DNA of 12,909 nt, taken from the IMG/VR virus record IMGVR_UViG_2579779007_000005. One strand, 5' to 3'. Position 1 is the first letter of the stretch, and every line of letters begins with the position of its first letter. A program made the translations under genes and the position numbers. This DNA comes from a virus (lineage: Duplodnaviria > Heunggongvirae > Uroviricota > Caudoviricetes). This document shows, in pieces, positions 1 through 7,559 of this stretch. Below the pieces are notes generated by a model that worked only from the letters and a program-made list of their open reading frames with translations, searched no databases and was not told where the DNA came from.

Positions 1-163
1 AGTTTGCTCCTGCCATAACGTGAAGAAGCAATGACCTGATGGTCTGTGACTTCCCTACGCTGGCATTATCCAGATCAGGTGATACGGGTATTTCTTACTA
101 ATTTTTGTTATCAGTTGATAATTAATAAGTTTTTAAGCATATAAGAATTAAAAACCTCAAAAA

Positions 164-230
164 TGACCACACAACTGACCACACATTTCGTTGAAGCCCT
201 ACGAACAACGACGAACAATAACAAACAAAA
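164..230. repeat. Tandem direct repeats near the left end: TGACCACACA x2 and 10-bp-phased ACGAACAA x2 with a degenerate third copy
   Basis: TGACCACACA at 164-173 and 176-185. ACGAACAA at 201-208 and 211-218, followed by the degenerate ACAAACAA at 221-228. Confidence 0.4.
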
Positions 231-616
231 GGGAAATTTGCTGGCAGTTTTGCTTAACCGTTATCATTTTTCGGCTATCCGCTATGAAGCTGGTGGATGA
301 TCACGGATAATCCGTTATGTGGATCCCCATATCGGCATCAGGCCCACCAGCGTGAAGCGTTTTTCATTTTTCGCGGGTATAAAAAATCGATGGGGCTGGC
401 AGTCCAGAAGACGTCAGGGTACAGAGATTTGACCCGCCCCTCCCTGTGCATAAGCACAATAAGTAACCGAAGGCGGAATTCCGCCCTCGGTACTCATATA
501 TGAGAAACGATATTTCTTCCACCGATACCCTTTATTTGGGTATCGCGAGTAAGCCCCAAAATCTGGGTGTTACTCTTACTACCCAAACTACGGGTAGTTT
601 CCGTAGTTTCATGGTC

Positions 617-636
617 GAGTTGCAGATCTGCAACTC
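617..636. repeat. Perfect 20-bp palindrome GAGTTGCAGATCTGCAACTC
   Basis: Exact dyad symmetry centred on AGATCT, in non-coding DNA, with no flanking T-run so not a typical terminator. Nearby hairpins: CGATACCC-tttattt-GGGTATCG (524-546) and AAACTAC/GTAGTTT repeats (585-609). Confidence 0.4.
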
Positions 637-775
637 ACCCACCAGCGCAAGCAGAGCCACTAAATGATACGATATGAAGTGATACAAATCAGTAAACCAC
701 TTCAATTTTAAAAGACGCTACTCAACACAGTAAAGCGCCTTTTATTATTGTTTATATGCTTTCGAAAACACAAAT

Positions 776-798
776 AAAAAGCACCAGTATGGTGCTTT
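776..798. terminator. Bidirectional rho-independent terminator downstream of the 822-1130 cargo gene
   Basis: Plus strand AAAAA-AGCACC-AGTAT-GGTGCT-TTTGTGCTTTT: 6-bp stem (780-785 / 791-796), with an A-run on one side and a T-run on the other. Confidence 0.55.
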
Positions 799-821
799 GT
801 GCTTTTAACGAGTCCAAATAC

Positions 822-1130
822 CTAGTACTCAGGAAGATTTTCTAAATTATCCTTAGATGTACCATTGGCTCTAGTTGTAATGTAATCAATGTTGTTAACA
901 CGGTCTTTAACCACTTTTTGACCCTTCTTCCACTTACCGTCATCACCTATGAAAATGGTGTAAAACGTATAACCACTATCGATCTTATTCACTACCCACT
1001 GCCGTGTTTCTGATACCCCTCCCCCAACAGTATCCCCCTTATCAACATGCACATACACATGGGTAATGTGAGTGTGCTTGTCGTTATATCGGACTTTAGA
1101 AATAAGGTAATCAGCCCATTTATCAATCAT
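822..1130 (-). CDS. AT-rich cargo gene of unknown function (about 102 aa from ATG 1130; the ORF extends to a TTG at 1184, giving 120 aa)
   Basis: ORF immediately downstream of terL, with visibly lower GC than the packaging genes. The ATG at 1130 has a GGTGG SD-like sequence; the TTG at 1184 has AGGAAG at about 9 nt. Stop TAG 824-822 is followed by a terminator. No recognisable domain. Confidence 0.45.
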   Translation of the reverse strand: MIDKWADYLISKVRYNDKHTHITHVYVHVDKGDTVGGGVSETRQWVVNKIDSGYTFYTIFIGDDGKWKKGQKVVKDRVNNIDYITTRANGTSKDNLENLPEY

Positions 1131-1279
1131 ATTCCACCATAAGTTTGAACAGGAAAAGTCCTGCAATACTCTTATAAACAACAAAACAGCGGCTTCCTAC
1201 CCCACGATGGTAATATAGTGATCTAGAGCAATTTATATTTCCGATAACATCGATATAACCCCACATTTACACTCTATTC

Positions 1280-2941
1280 TCAAATCCCATTAAATAAAGC
1301 CAACCGTTCTTTGTGGCTATCGCTCATATCGAATGCAAATTCCTCATGCTCTGCCTGGAATGTGCCAAACGCCATCAGCGCCGCAACGCTCGGGTCTATC
1401 TTGTTGGATGATTTTTTCTTGTTCGGCTTGATATTGGCGTTCGCGTCACTCTGCATCACAACATTACTCATTGACCAAGCCATCACCGGATCACCACGAT
1501 GTACAATCACCTTCCGGTTAACAAAAACTTCGAACGATTTCGCCGCCGGACTGAAACGAAGGTATGTTTGCGGGAACGGCTCCACCTCAAATCCTGCACC
1601 CTGTAGCTGCGTCCTCAAGTGCGTGGCGTTCCATGTATCGAAGCCCACCAGCCTGATATTGAAATTCTCTGCATCCACCATGATGTCATCACGGATACGG
1701 TCATAATCAATGCAGTCACCCGGTGTTGTGCGTATCCAGCCCGCCTTTACCCACTGGCGATAGATGGCGCGGTTTTTATTGGCGGGGTTCTGTAGCTGAA
1801 ATTCTGGTAGATAGTGACGGGAAACCAGCATAATCTTTTTACCGACCGGGAAGGCATAGCACACGCTGGAAATATCGCTGGTTGATGATAAGTCCAGCCC
1901 CGCGTAGCACTCCTGCCCGTATAAATCCGCCTCCGCGAACGTTCCGGCGCACTCCGCCCATGCACCGTTACCCATCCACGGCGTAGCCCCCTGACACCAG
2001 ATATTGAATCGCTTGGTGAGCATTTCCACCCACTGCGACGGAATACCCCGCGCTTTCTGGATGGTTGAGGCCAGTTTTTCACGATCTACGGAAACATCGA
2101 TATTGGGATTCGCCTTTATCCACATCGCCGGATCGTCAACCTCGCTTTCATCATCCAGCTCATAAATCAGAACGAACATGGATTCGTTCACCTCTTCACC
2201 ATCCAGTATCTGGCAGCAATAGTCGTAGTGTTGTTTACAGGCTGAAACAACGTTGCTCCCCGATGTGGTGATGGCAAATAACAGCCCCTCTGGGCGTGCC
2301 CCCATTCCCAGTTCAAGCGCGGAATAAACACCGTTGTCAGGGTGCAGGTGATATTCATCCACAATGGCAAGGCTCGGGTTTGTACCTTCAATGGTTGCCG
2401 CTTTTGCTGCCAGCGGCTTTAACAGGCTGTTGGTTTTCGGGTGTATCACCTTGTGTGCCTGAATATTTACCCGCTTTCGTAACGGTCGGGATAAAAGGCA
2501 CATCTGACGCGCATCATCAAACACGATCCGCGCCTGATCACGACTCACGGCGGCGGTGTAAATATCCTGCTGCCCGTTTTCCATAACCAGAAACCAGTTA
2601 GCCAGGATAGCGGCGACCGTGGATTTGGCATTTTTTCGCGGTACTTCAATGAATGCGCTGGTGTATTTGCGCCGTCCGGTGGCCTTAACCTTAAAGCCCA
2701 GGATGCACGCAAAGGCGAACTGCTGCCACGGCTCCAGCTCAATGGGGCTACCACGCATTGCGCCTTTTACGTGCGGACACACCCTGGAAAAGGCAATAAA
2801 CCGCTCAACGACCTCCGGATCGAACGTGTAAAGGGGGTTTTCAAGGTCAGAAAAATACCGTTTAACGGCCTGTTTCAGTCGTTTACAGGCCGTAATTTTG
2901 CCGTTTTTTACGCCTTCTGCGTACTCATGCCAGGCGGTCAA
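1280..2941 (-). CDS. terL: Terminase large subunit, HK97-like (553 aa), apparently TTG-initiated
   Basis: Conserved N-terminal region WHEYAEGVKNGKITACKRL, Walker-like VPRKNAKST, and a C-terminal nuclease-like region. The most upstream in-frame start is TTG 2941-2939, preceded by GAGGA SD at a 5-nt spacer. There is no in-frame ATG/GTG before residue 63. It overlaps terS by 17 nt. Confidence 0.9.
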   Translation of the reverse strand: MTAWHEYAEGVKNGKITACKRLKQAVKRYFSDLENPLYTFDPEVVERFIAFSRVCPHVKGAMRGSPIELEPWQQFAFACILGFKVKATGRRKYTSAFIEVPRKNAKSTVAAILANWFLVMENGQQDIYTAAVSRDQARIVFDDARQMCLLSRPLRKRVNIQAHKVIHPKTNSLLKPLAAKAATIEGTNPSLAIVDEYHLHPDNGVYSALELGMGARPEGLLFAITTSGSNVVSACKQHYDYCCQILDGEEVNESMFVLIYELDDESEVDDPAMWIKANPNIDVSVDREKLASTIQKARGIPSQWVEMLTKRFNIWCQGATPWMGNGAWAECAGTFAEADLYGQECYAGLDLSSTSDISSVCYAFPVGKKIMLVSRHYLPEFQLQNPANKNRAIYRQWVKAGWIRTTPGDCIDYDRIRDDIMVDAENFNIRLVGFDTWNATHLRTQLQGAGFEVEPFPQTYLRFSPAAKSFEVFVNRKVIVHRGDPVMAWSMSNVVMQSDANANIKPNKKKSSNKIDPSVAALMAFGTFQAEHEEFAFDMSDSHKERLALFNGI

Positions 2942-3281
2942 GCTCGTCCTCTTCCTCTGTTTCCGGTGGATTTCTGCGGCGGCTTACCGGGTCAAAACCC
3001 AGCAAAGAAGCCATTTTGATCATTATTCTTTCTGCGTCAGCCTTTGCGCTCAGTGCGGGGTTTCTGCTCTCGCTGCCCTGACTGTTAACAATGCTGAACC
3101 CGCGCGTCGCAAGGTCTTCGACGGCTTTGCGGTATATGGAGTAGTTAACACAATACAGTTCCAGATTGCTCCAGTCGGCGGGGGTAAGGTCTTCCCGCCC
3201 GGAAAGCTGGCGCGATTTTTCCTTCCACTGCCTGACCGCGATTTCATCCAGGTAAGCGGGGGCTTTTGGTGGTCTTGCCAT
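2925..3281 (-). CDS. terS: Terminase small subunit (118 aa)
   Basis: The start is taken as the internal ATG 3281-3279 (MARPPKAPAYLDEIAVRQWKE...) rather than the ATG at 3422, because the upstream 47 codons read like AT-rich intergenic DNA. P27-type TerS-like N-terminus and acidic C-terminal tail (ETEEEDELDRLA). Stop TGA 2927-2925 overlaps terL. Confidence 0.75.
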   Translation of the reverse strand: MARPPKAPAYLDEIAVRQWKEKSRQLSGREDLTPADWSNLELYCVNYSIYRKAVEDLATRGFSIVNSQGSESRNPALSAKADAERIMIKMASLLGFDPVSRRRNPPETEEEDELDRLA

Positions 3282-3332
3282 GTTCTTTTTTCGTCCAATT
3301 ATTTTCAAAAAAATTACTGTGCACAAAAATTT

Positions 3333-3392
3333 GAGGGGGCGGTCGGTGTCCGGCAGGGACGGTTTCGTCCTGAAAACCACCCCCACCCCCTC
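3333..3392. other. Candidate cos/packaging-site element in the HNH-terS intergenic region
   Basis: Inverted repeat GAGGGGGCGG (3333-3342) / CCACCCCCTC (3383-3392) with one mismatch, flanking the palindrome GGACGgtttCGTCC (3357-3370). It lies 50-110 bp upstream of terS inside a 288-bp non-coding gap (3282-3569). Confidence 0.3.
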
Positions 3393-3569
3393 TGACGGCC
3401 TCACCAGCGATTGCGAAAACATTCCATGACCTCGCGGTCACGGTCGGTTAATCGCTTCGCTGTGGTGCGTTTTGTGCGCCCTGTCCTGTTGGCTTTGTGC
3501 TCTGTCTCCTGTGTCTTCCATGTGTCACGCTGCCTTATCAGTCCACGTATCAGCCTGGTTTGCTCCTGT

Positions 3570-4010
3570 TCAGTCATCATCACCATACATCCAGTCGTTA
3601 CGGTGTGCCGCCCGTTCTTCCTGCTCGCGATACATGCCCGCTTTACGGTTTGCTTTCGTGGCTGGATCTTCCCATGTCGTCTTACGGTTGTGGCACGTCT
3701 GGCACAATGCCTGGTGATTCCACTCAGGCCAGAAGAGAACATCACCGCCGCCATTGATGGGAATGATGTGATCCACCACAAGAGCTGGTGTATAAATACC
3801 CTTAGCCAGACAACGCACGCATAACGGGTTTTTGCTCAGGTACAGGGCGCGGTATTTGTCCCACTGTCGGGAATACCCACGTGCGCGGCGGTGTCCCCGT
3901 CTGGCATCCTCTGCACGCCATGCAGCCCGCCTGTGCTCTTCACACTTGCCGGACTTCACGCGCTTATTACAGCCCGGCTCAGTGCATCGCCTTAATGGTT
4001 GCCACGGCAT
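3570..4010 (-). CDS. HNH endonuclease, terminase-associated (146 aa)
   Basis: HNH/zinc-finger motifs: CVRCL...DHIIP...N...H...CQTCHNRK and N-terminal CTEPGC...C. It lies directly upstream of terS-terL, as in HK97-like cos packaging modules. Confidence 0.85.
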   Translation of the reverse strand: MPWQPLRRCTEPGCNKRVKSGKCEEHRRAAWRAEDARRGHRRARGYSRQWDKYRALYLSKNPLCVRCLAKGIYTPALVVDHIIPINGGGDVLFWPEWNHQALCQTCHNRKTTWEDPATKANRKAGMYREQEERAAHRNDWMYGDDD

Positions 4011-4312
4011 CAGTACACCCCCACATCACGATAAACCGACCAGAGCGCAGAAATAGCCATAGGCAGTTCCGAGTGCTCAACTGGTGAAACCGCTTCCCGG
4101 TTCTCGTACAGAAAAGCGATGTACATCAGGCAACCAACACGTATTGCCGGGGTAAATTCCAGGCCGTCTTCAAAACGTTTCCCGATATGCTTCTGGCAGG
4201 CTTCCAGCGCCGCATCGGTATATATTTGCAGAAGTTCAACCTCACCATAAAAATCATCATCAAGGCGAAGATGGGCCATTACTTCATTAAGCGTAATTCT
4301 GGATTCACTCAT
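4010..4312 (-). CDS. gp6-like head-tail connector/adaptor protein (100 aa)
   Basis: ATG 4312-4310 (MSESRITLNEVMAHLRLDDD...) overlaps the portal stop by 8 nt; its TGA overlaps the HNH ATG (TGATG). Size and position match phage gp6-like connectors. Confidence 0.65.
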   Translation of the reverse strand: MSESRITLNEVMAHLRLDDDFYGEVELLQIYTDAALEACQKHIGKRFEDGLEFTPAIRVGCLMYIAFLYENREAVSPVEHSELPMAISALWSVYRDVGVY

Positions 4313-5519
4313 CTTTTTCACCTTTAATTTCCACAGTCTGCTTCCATGCCTGGCTGAACTCGTCACCCCCTTCACGCGGCGGCATACCCTCACGCTCACG
4401 GGCTTCGTTCGGATTCATGATCCCGTTCTTAATCCCTTTCTCATACGTGGCATAACGTTCGGTGGGTGTGGCGCGTAATAAATCGGCTGAATCAAACTCA
4501 ACCAGATAACGGGTACCAGGTACGGGAGAAGCCACCAGCAAAGCGGCCTTGATTTGCTGTTCGAAGTTCGCCAGCCATGGGCGCATTGTCATGGTCAGAA
4601 ACGCGCGGCTTGCCTCGCTGAAATTGCTGTAGGTGCTGTTGCTGTATTCCTGCAGAAAAATAGGCGATACGTTGAACATGCGGGCGATGTCTTCAATGGA
4701 GAAGCGACGGGAGGCCAGCCATTCCGCATCCTGGTTACTCATTCCCAGTTGCTTGTAATCCATGCCCCCTTCAAGGATTGGCGTTTTTCCGGCATTTTTC
4801 GCCCCCTTGTAGCGTTCCAGAGCATCTAATGCCTGTTTACCTTTCACGCCGTCCAGCCATTCGCCTGACGTGATAATCCCTGCCGCCATCATGCCATCTT
4901 TCATAATGCTGGCTCCGTGGCGCTGTTGAGCAAGGCCAAGCCCAAGTGCCTCACGGCAAATCGTGACGGGGGAGCGCCCCAGAAAGCCATCATCCGAGGC
5001 ATAGCGGAGATGCAGAACTTCTTCCTGTAAATACGTGCGCACCGTTCCTGTATAGGGTTCGGTGATGGTATATCGGTATTTGTGTGCGCCTGTGCGTTCC
5101 GGTACAACACACCCCGGCGCATAAGGATGAAGTGATTTTGGCTGCCCGTCCCGCCCCCACTCAATAACCGCATAGGCGTTACCGTTCAGCAGGCAGTGAC
5201 GCATCATTGTGCGTTTAAACTGGTAAGGTGTCTGGCATGAATTAGGCTGCTCATTCAGCAGAATATCTACCGGGTGACTGTCCAGCCATTCCCGCGCCTC
5301 TCTGCCCTTGTCATTACGTACCAGATACAGATAACACGGCATCGTGGCCACCGCCTCAGCGATGACAGAAACCGCGTTCATCACTGCAGGCAATGATTCA
5401 GCCGTCCCGGCAGAAACATATTCTCCGGATCCGGTATTCGGTACGCCGGACAGCGCCAGAAAATCATCAATGGACAGGTTACGCTGCTCGCTTTTTTTAC
5501 GACTAAAAGGCCACCACAT
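4305..5519 (-). CDS. HK97-family portal protein (404 aa)
   Basis: ATG 5519-5517 is tightly coupled to the protease stop; the TTG at 5609 listed in the track is rejected. Size and position fit a portal. The stop overlaps the connector ATG. Confidence 0.8.
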   Translation of the reverse strand: MWWPFSRKKSEQRNLSIDDFLALSGVPNTGSGEYVSAGTAESLPAVMNAVSVIAEAVATMPCYLYLVRNDKGREAREWLDSHPVDILLNEQPNSCQTPYQFKRTMMRHCLLNGNAYAVIEWGRDGQPKSLHPYAPGCVVPERTGAHKYRYTITEPYTGTVRTYLQEEVLHLRYASDDGFLGRSPVTICREALGLGLAQQRHGASIMKDGMMAAGIITSGEWLDGVKGKQALDALERYKGAKNAGKTPILEGGMDYKQLGMSNQDAEWLASRRFSIEDIARMFNVSPIFLQEYSNSTYSNFSEASRAFLTMTMRPWLANFEQQIKAALLVASPVPGTRYLVEFDSADLLRATPTERYATYEKGIKNGIMNPNEAREREGMPPREGGDEFSQAWKQTVEIKGEKDE

Positions 5520-5520
5520 A

Positions 5521-6081
5521 TCACAACCCCGCCAGGTCAGCCCAGCGATGACGATTATTTCCTGCCGGGCGTAATTCAGGGTGCAGTGCAAACAACGAAC
5601 GGTGGGCAATCTCCACGCCGGATTCGGGATAAGCAGGCATTGACGTTATCGTGATTTCACGGAGTTCTGCAGCGGTAACAGTGCGCAGATACGGTTTTTG
5701 CGCGATATTCCACTCCTCGCATAATGCGCGAAAGCCAAAGCTCATTCCTGTAATGTCGCCACGCTCCACCAGCGTAAGCACATCTTTTCCAAGCTGGGTA
5801 TTTGGCGGTGTCAGTTCAAAACGTAACCCGGTGTTATCCTCAGTCAATACCAGAGTGCCGGATTTGGTGCGCCCCAGCAGTTGGGTATAGTCATGCTCAT
5901 ACAGGCAGCGCACATCATTACCCGCCACCAGATAGTCAGCAAAAGCCCCCGGCGTGAACTGTTCGCGGAATTCGTCCCAGATAATTTCTGAAAGGCTGTT
6001 CCAGCGAACGGCATATCCCACCAGCTTTTTATTGCTGGCGGTCAGTTCAGATGTGCGGATTTCAAAATCGGTGTTTTTCAT
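5521..6081 (-). CDS. HK97-family prohead maturation protease (186 aa)
   Basis: ATG 6081-6079 with AGGGGA SD. The N-terminal pattern ...KLVGYAVRWNSLSEI... resembles HK97 gp4-type proteases. It sits between the capsid and portal genes; its stop (5523-5521) is 1 nt from the portal ATG. Confidence 0.8.
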   Translation of the reverse strand: MKNTDFEIRTSELTASNKKLVGYAVRWNSLSEIIWDEFREQFTPGAFADYLVAGNDVRCLYEHDYTQLLGRTKSGTLVLTEDNTGLRFELTPPNTQLGKDVLTLVERGDITGMSFGFRALCEEWNIAQKPYLRTVTAAELREITITSMPAYPESGVEIAHRSLFALHPELRPAGNNRHRWADLAGL

Positions 6082-6098
6082 CGGTGTATCCCCTGAAG

Positions 6099-6124
6099 CT
6101 AAAAAAGGAGGCCGAAGCCTCCTT
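6099..6124 (-). terminator. Intrinsic terminator with a UUCG tetraloop immediately after the capsid gene, upstream of the protease
   Basis: Minus-strand RNA reads UAA-UGAGC-AAGGAGGC-UUCG-GCCUCCUU-UUUU: an 8-bp stem (plus 6105-6112 / 6117-6124), tetraloop, then a U-run (plus A-run 6101-6106). It lies 19 nt before the protease ATG. Confidence 0.55.
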
Positions 6125-6129
6125 GCTCA

Positions 6130-7275
6130 TTACTCACCAGCCTGAATTTCCAGAATCTTGATGGCGTTCGAATCCACCACACCACCGCCCAGATATTTCT
6201 GGGTATAGATGTTAATGAATCCGGGTTCGCTGAAGTCCGGACGGGTACGCGTACCGGTTTCATGGTCAACGATGAAATAACCGCGCTTAAAGTCACCTAC
6301 TGCAATCACACCGTCCGGAATAAATTCCAGATATTCAACCGGAAGCCCCAGCAGAGAATCAGGATCACCAGCCTGTAAACGATCGCGCCAGATGTAATCA
6401 CCAGTGGCATTTTTCAGTTTTTGTGCGGAGGCGGCTGTATTTGAGTTCATCACCCATACAGCTTTTTTGCGGTACTTATTGCGCAGCGTAAATTTCAGGT
6501 CAATCAGCATGTCGGCGCTGAGACTGCCAGTAACTTTTTTCGTCTGGAGCGTACCGAAAGGACGGGTTTTGTCGTTATCCGCAGTGCGCGGGAACGCCAG
6601 GAAACCTTTAGCTTTTTTCTCGCCATCACCGGAAACCAGATCCGTTTCTTCGGTATCAACGAAAGTGTCGCCAATTTCAGAAGATAACCAGCTCATAATA
6701 TCGACTTCGGAAAAATCGATAATTTCCTGAGTGGTTTTCGGGTAAGCGTAGATCGGATACAGGCGGATGCTGACTTCGTTCAGTTTCGGCGTTGCCGTCT
6801 GGTTACGTGCCGCACCTTCCTCGCCATGCTCAACCACCGCGCCACCAGCGGAAACCAGTTGCTTAAATTCATTGCTGTGAATGGTTTTAACAGTACAGAT
6901 TTTACGCATCACCGATTCATCAGAAAGCTGACGCATAATTTCTCTGTTCAGTTCCGGGATAACCGTATAACCACCATCAGCCGGGACACTGCCGGACAGG
7001 TTGCGGGTTTCCCCGGTCAGAATGTAAGAGCGCAGTTCGTCTTTGGTGATTTTCTCTTCGACGGAAACACCTGGCTGGTTACGTTCTTCATCCGCAACAG
7101 CTTCAAGACGGGAGATTTCTGTGTCGAGGGAATCGGCTTTTGCACGCAGTTCATCAAACTGTTTGCCCTCGTCATCGTTCAGGCTGCGGTTTTCACTGTC
7201 GGCTTTTTCCAGCAGGGAGCGCATCTGGTTTTTCAGGGCGTTTTTTTGCTGGCGGAGTTCGATTAATTTCTTCAT
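6130..7275 (-). CDS. HK97-fold major capsid protein with an N-terminal coiled-coil delta (scaffold) domain; 381 aa
   Basis: The N-terminus MKKLIELRQQKNALKNQMRSLLEKA...ISRLEAVADEERN is a typical helical delta domain, followed by an HK97-like body. ATG at 7275 is chosen over the in-frame TTG 7362 and ATG 7350 on homology-type grounds; the start is uncertain. Stop TAA 6132-6130. Confidence 0.85.
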   Translation of the reverse strand: MKKLIELRQQKNALKNQMRSLLEKADSENRSLNDDEGKQFDELRAKADSLDTEISRLEAVADEERNQPGVSVEEKITKDELRSYILTGETRNLSGSVPADGGYTVIPELNREIMRQLSDESVMRKICTVKTIHSNEFKQLVSAGGAVVEHGEEGAARNQTATPKLNEVSIRLYPIYAYPKTTQEIIDFSEVDIMSWLSSEIGDTFVDTEETDLVSGDGEKKAKGFLAFPRTADNDKTRPFGTLQTKKVTGSLSADMLIDLKFTLRNKYRKKAVWVMNSNTAASAQKLKNATGDYIWRDRLQAGDPDSLLGLPVEYLEFIPDGVIAVGDFKRGYFIVDHETGTRTRPDFSEPGFINIYTQKYLGGGVVDSNAIKILEIQAGE

Positions 7276-7465
7276 GAAGGTTTTCTCGTATTGGTTAAGA
7301 TTCAGGACGTGAAACCAACACGGAGGGAGCGCGCCCGACACTCCCGGCATCTCGCAGATCAACCCAGCATCGCGCAGGGGTCAGGCGGCATTGTGGCGGC
7401 TCACGTCTGAGTGCCACGCTCCAACATATACATAAAAATCAGTATGTAAACACCTGTCAGTCAGA

Positions 7466-7493
7466 CCGAACAACCACGAAAGAACACGAACAA
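7466..7493. promoter_or_regulatory. Three 10-bp-phased direct repeats (CCGAACAA / CACGAAAG / CACGAACAA) between the divergent capsid and cargo promoters
   Basis: CGAACAA at 7467-7473, CGAAAGA at 7477-7483 and CGAACAA at 7487-7493, spaced one helical turn apart. The same ACGAACAA motif recurs in tandem at 201-218. Confidence 0.35.
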
Positions 7494-7497
7494 ATAA

Positions 7498-7528
7498 TTT
7501 ACAAAAGAAGTAAACCATGGCCTATTAT
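7498..7528 (+). promoter_or_regulatory. Candidate sigma70 promoter of the 168-aa cargo gene
   Basis: -35 TTTACA (7498-7503), 19-bp spacer, -10 TATTAT (7523-7528). The spacer is long, so this is tentative. Confidence 0.3.
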
Positions 7529-7559
7529 TGCTGTCTCTGACTACAACAAAGGACGCATC

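Noticed and set aside
297-503. 68-aa plus-strand ORF at the left end
   Set aside because: No SD, an implausible composition, and it runs across palindromic non-coding elements. Judged spurious.
1311-2831. Several plus-strand track ORFs inside terL (for example 1311..1706, 2296..2586, 2619..2831)
   Set aside because: They are antisense to a highly confident terL coding region and have no independent signals.
3401-3824. Track ORFs 3401..3781 (-), 3411..3824 (+), 3472..3717 (+) and 3497..3757 (+)
   Set aside because: They overlap the well-supported HNH gene and the HNH-terS intergenic region in other frames or strands. They are Cys/Arg-rich frame artefacts of GC-rich DNA.
6160-6180. tRNA-like GCGTTCGAATCC (T-arm-like) motif
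   Set aside because: It lies inside the capsid coding sequence with no surrounding cloverleaf potential, so it is a chance match. No tRNA or tmRNA gene was found anywhere in the window.
6404-7312. Plus-strand track ORFs inside the capsid gene (6404..6730, 6826..7266, 7043..7312)
   Set aside because: Antisense shadow ORFs of the capsid gene.
7276-7362. TTG 7362 or ATG 7350 as the capsid start
   Set aside because: The delta-domain-like sequence begins at Met 7275 (MKKLIEL...), and the upstream extension reads like a leader. This remains uncertain and is kept as a finding.
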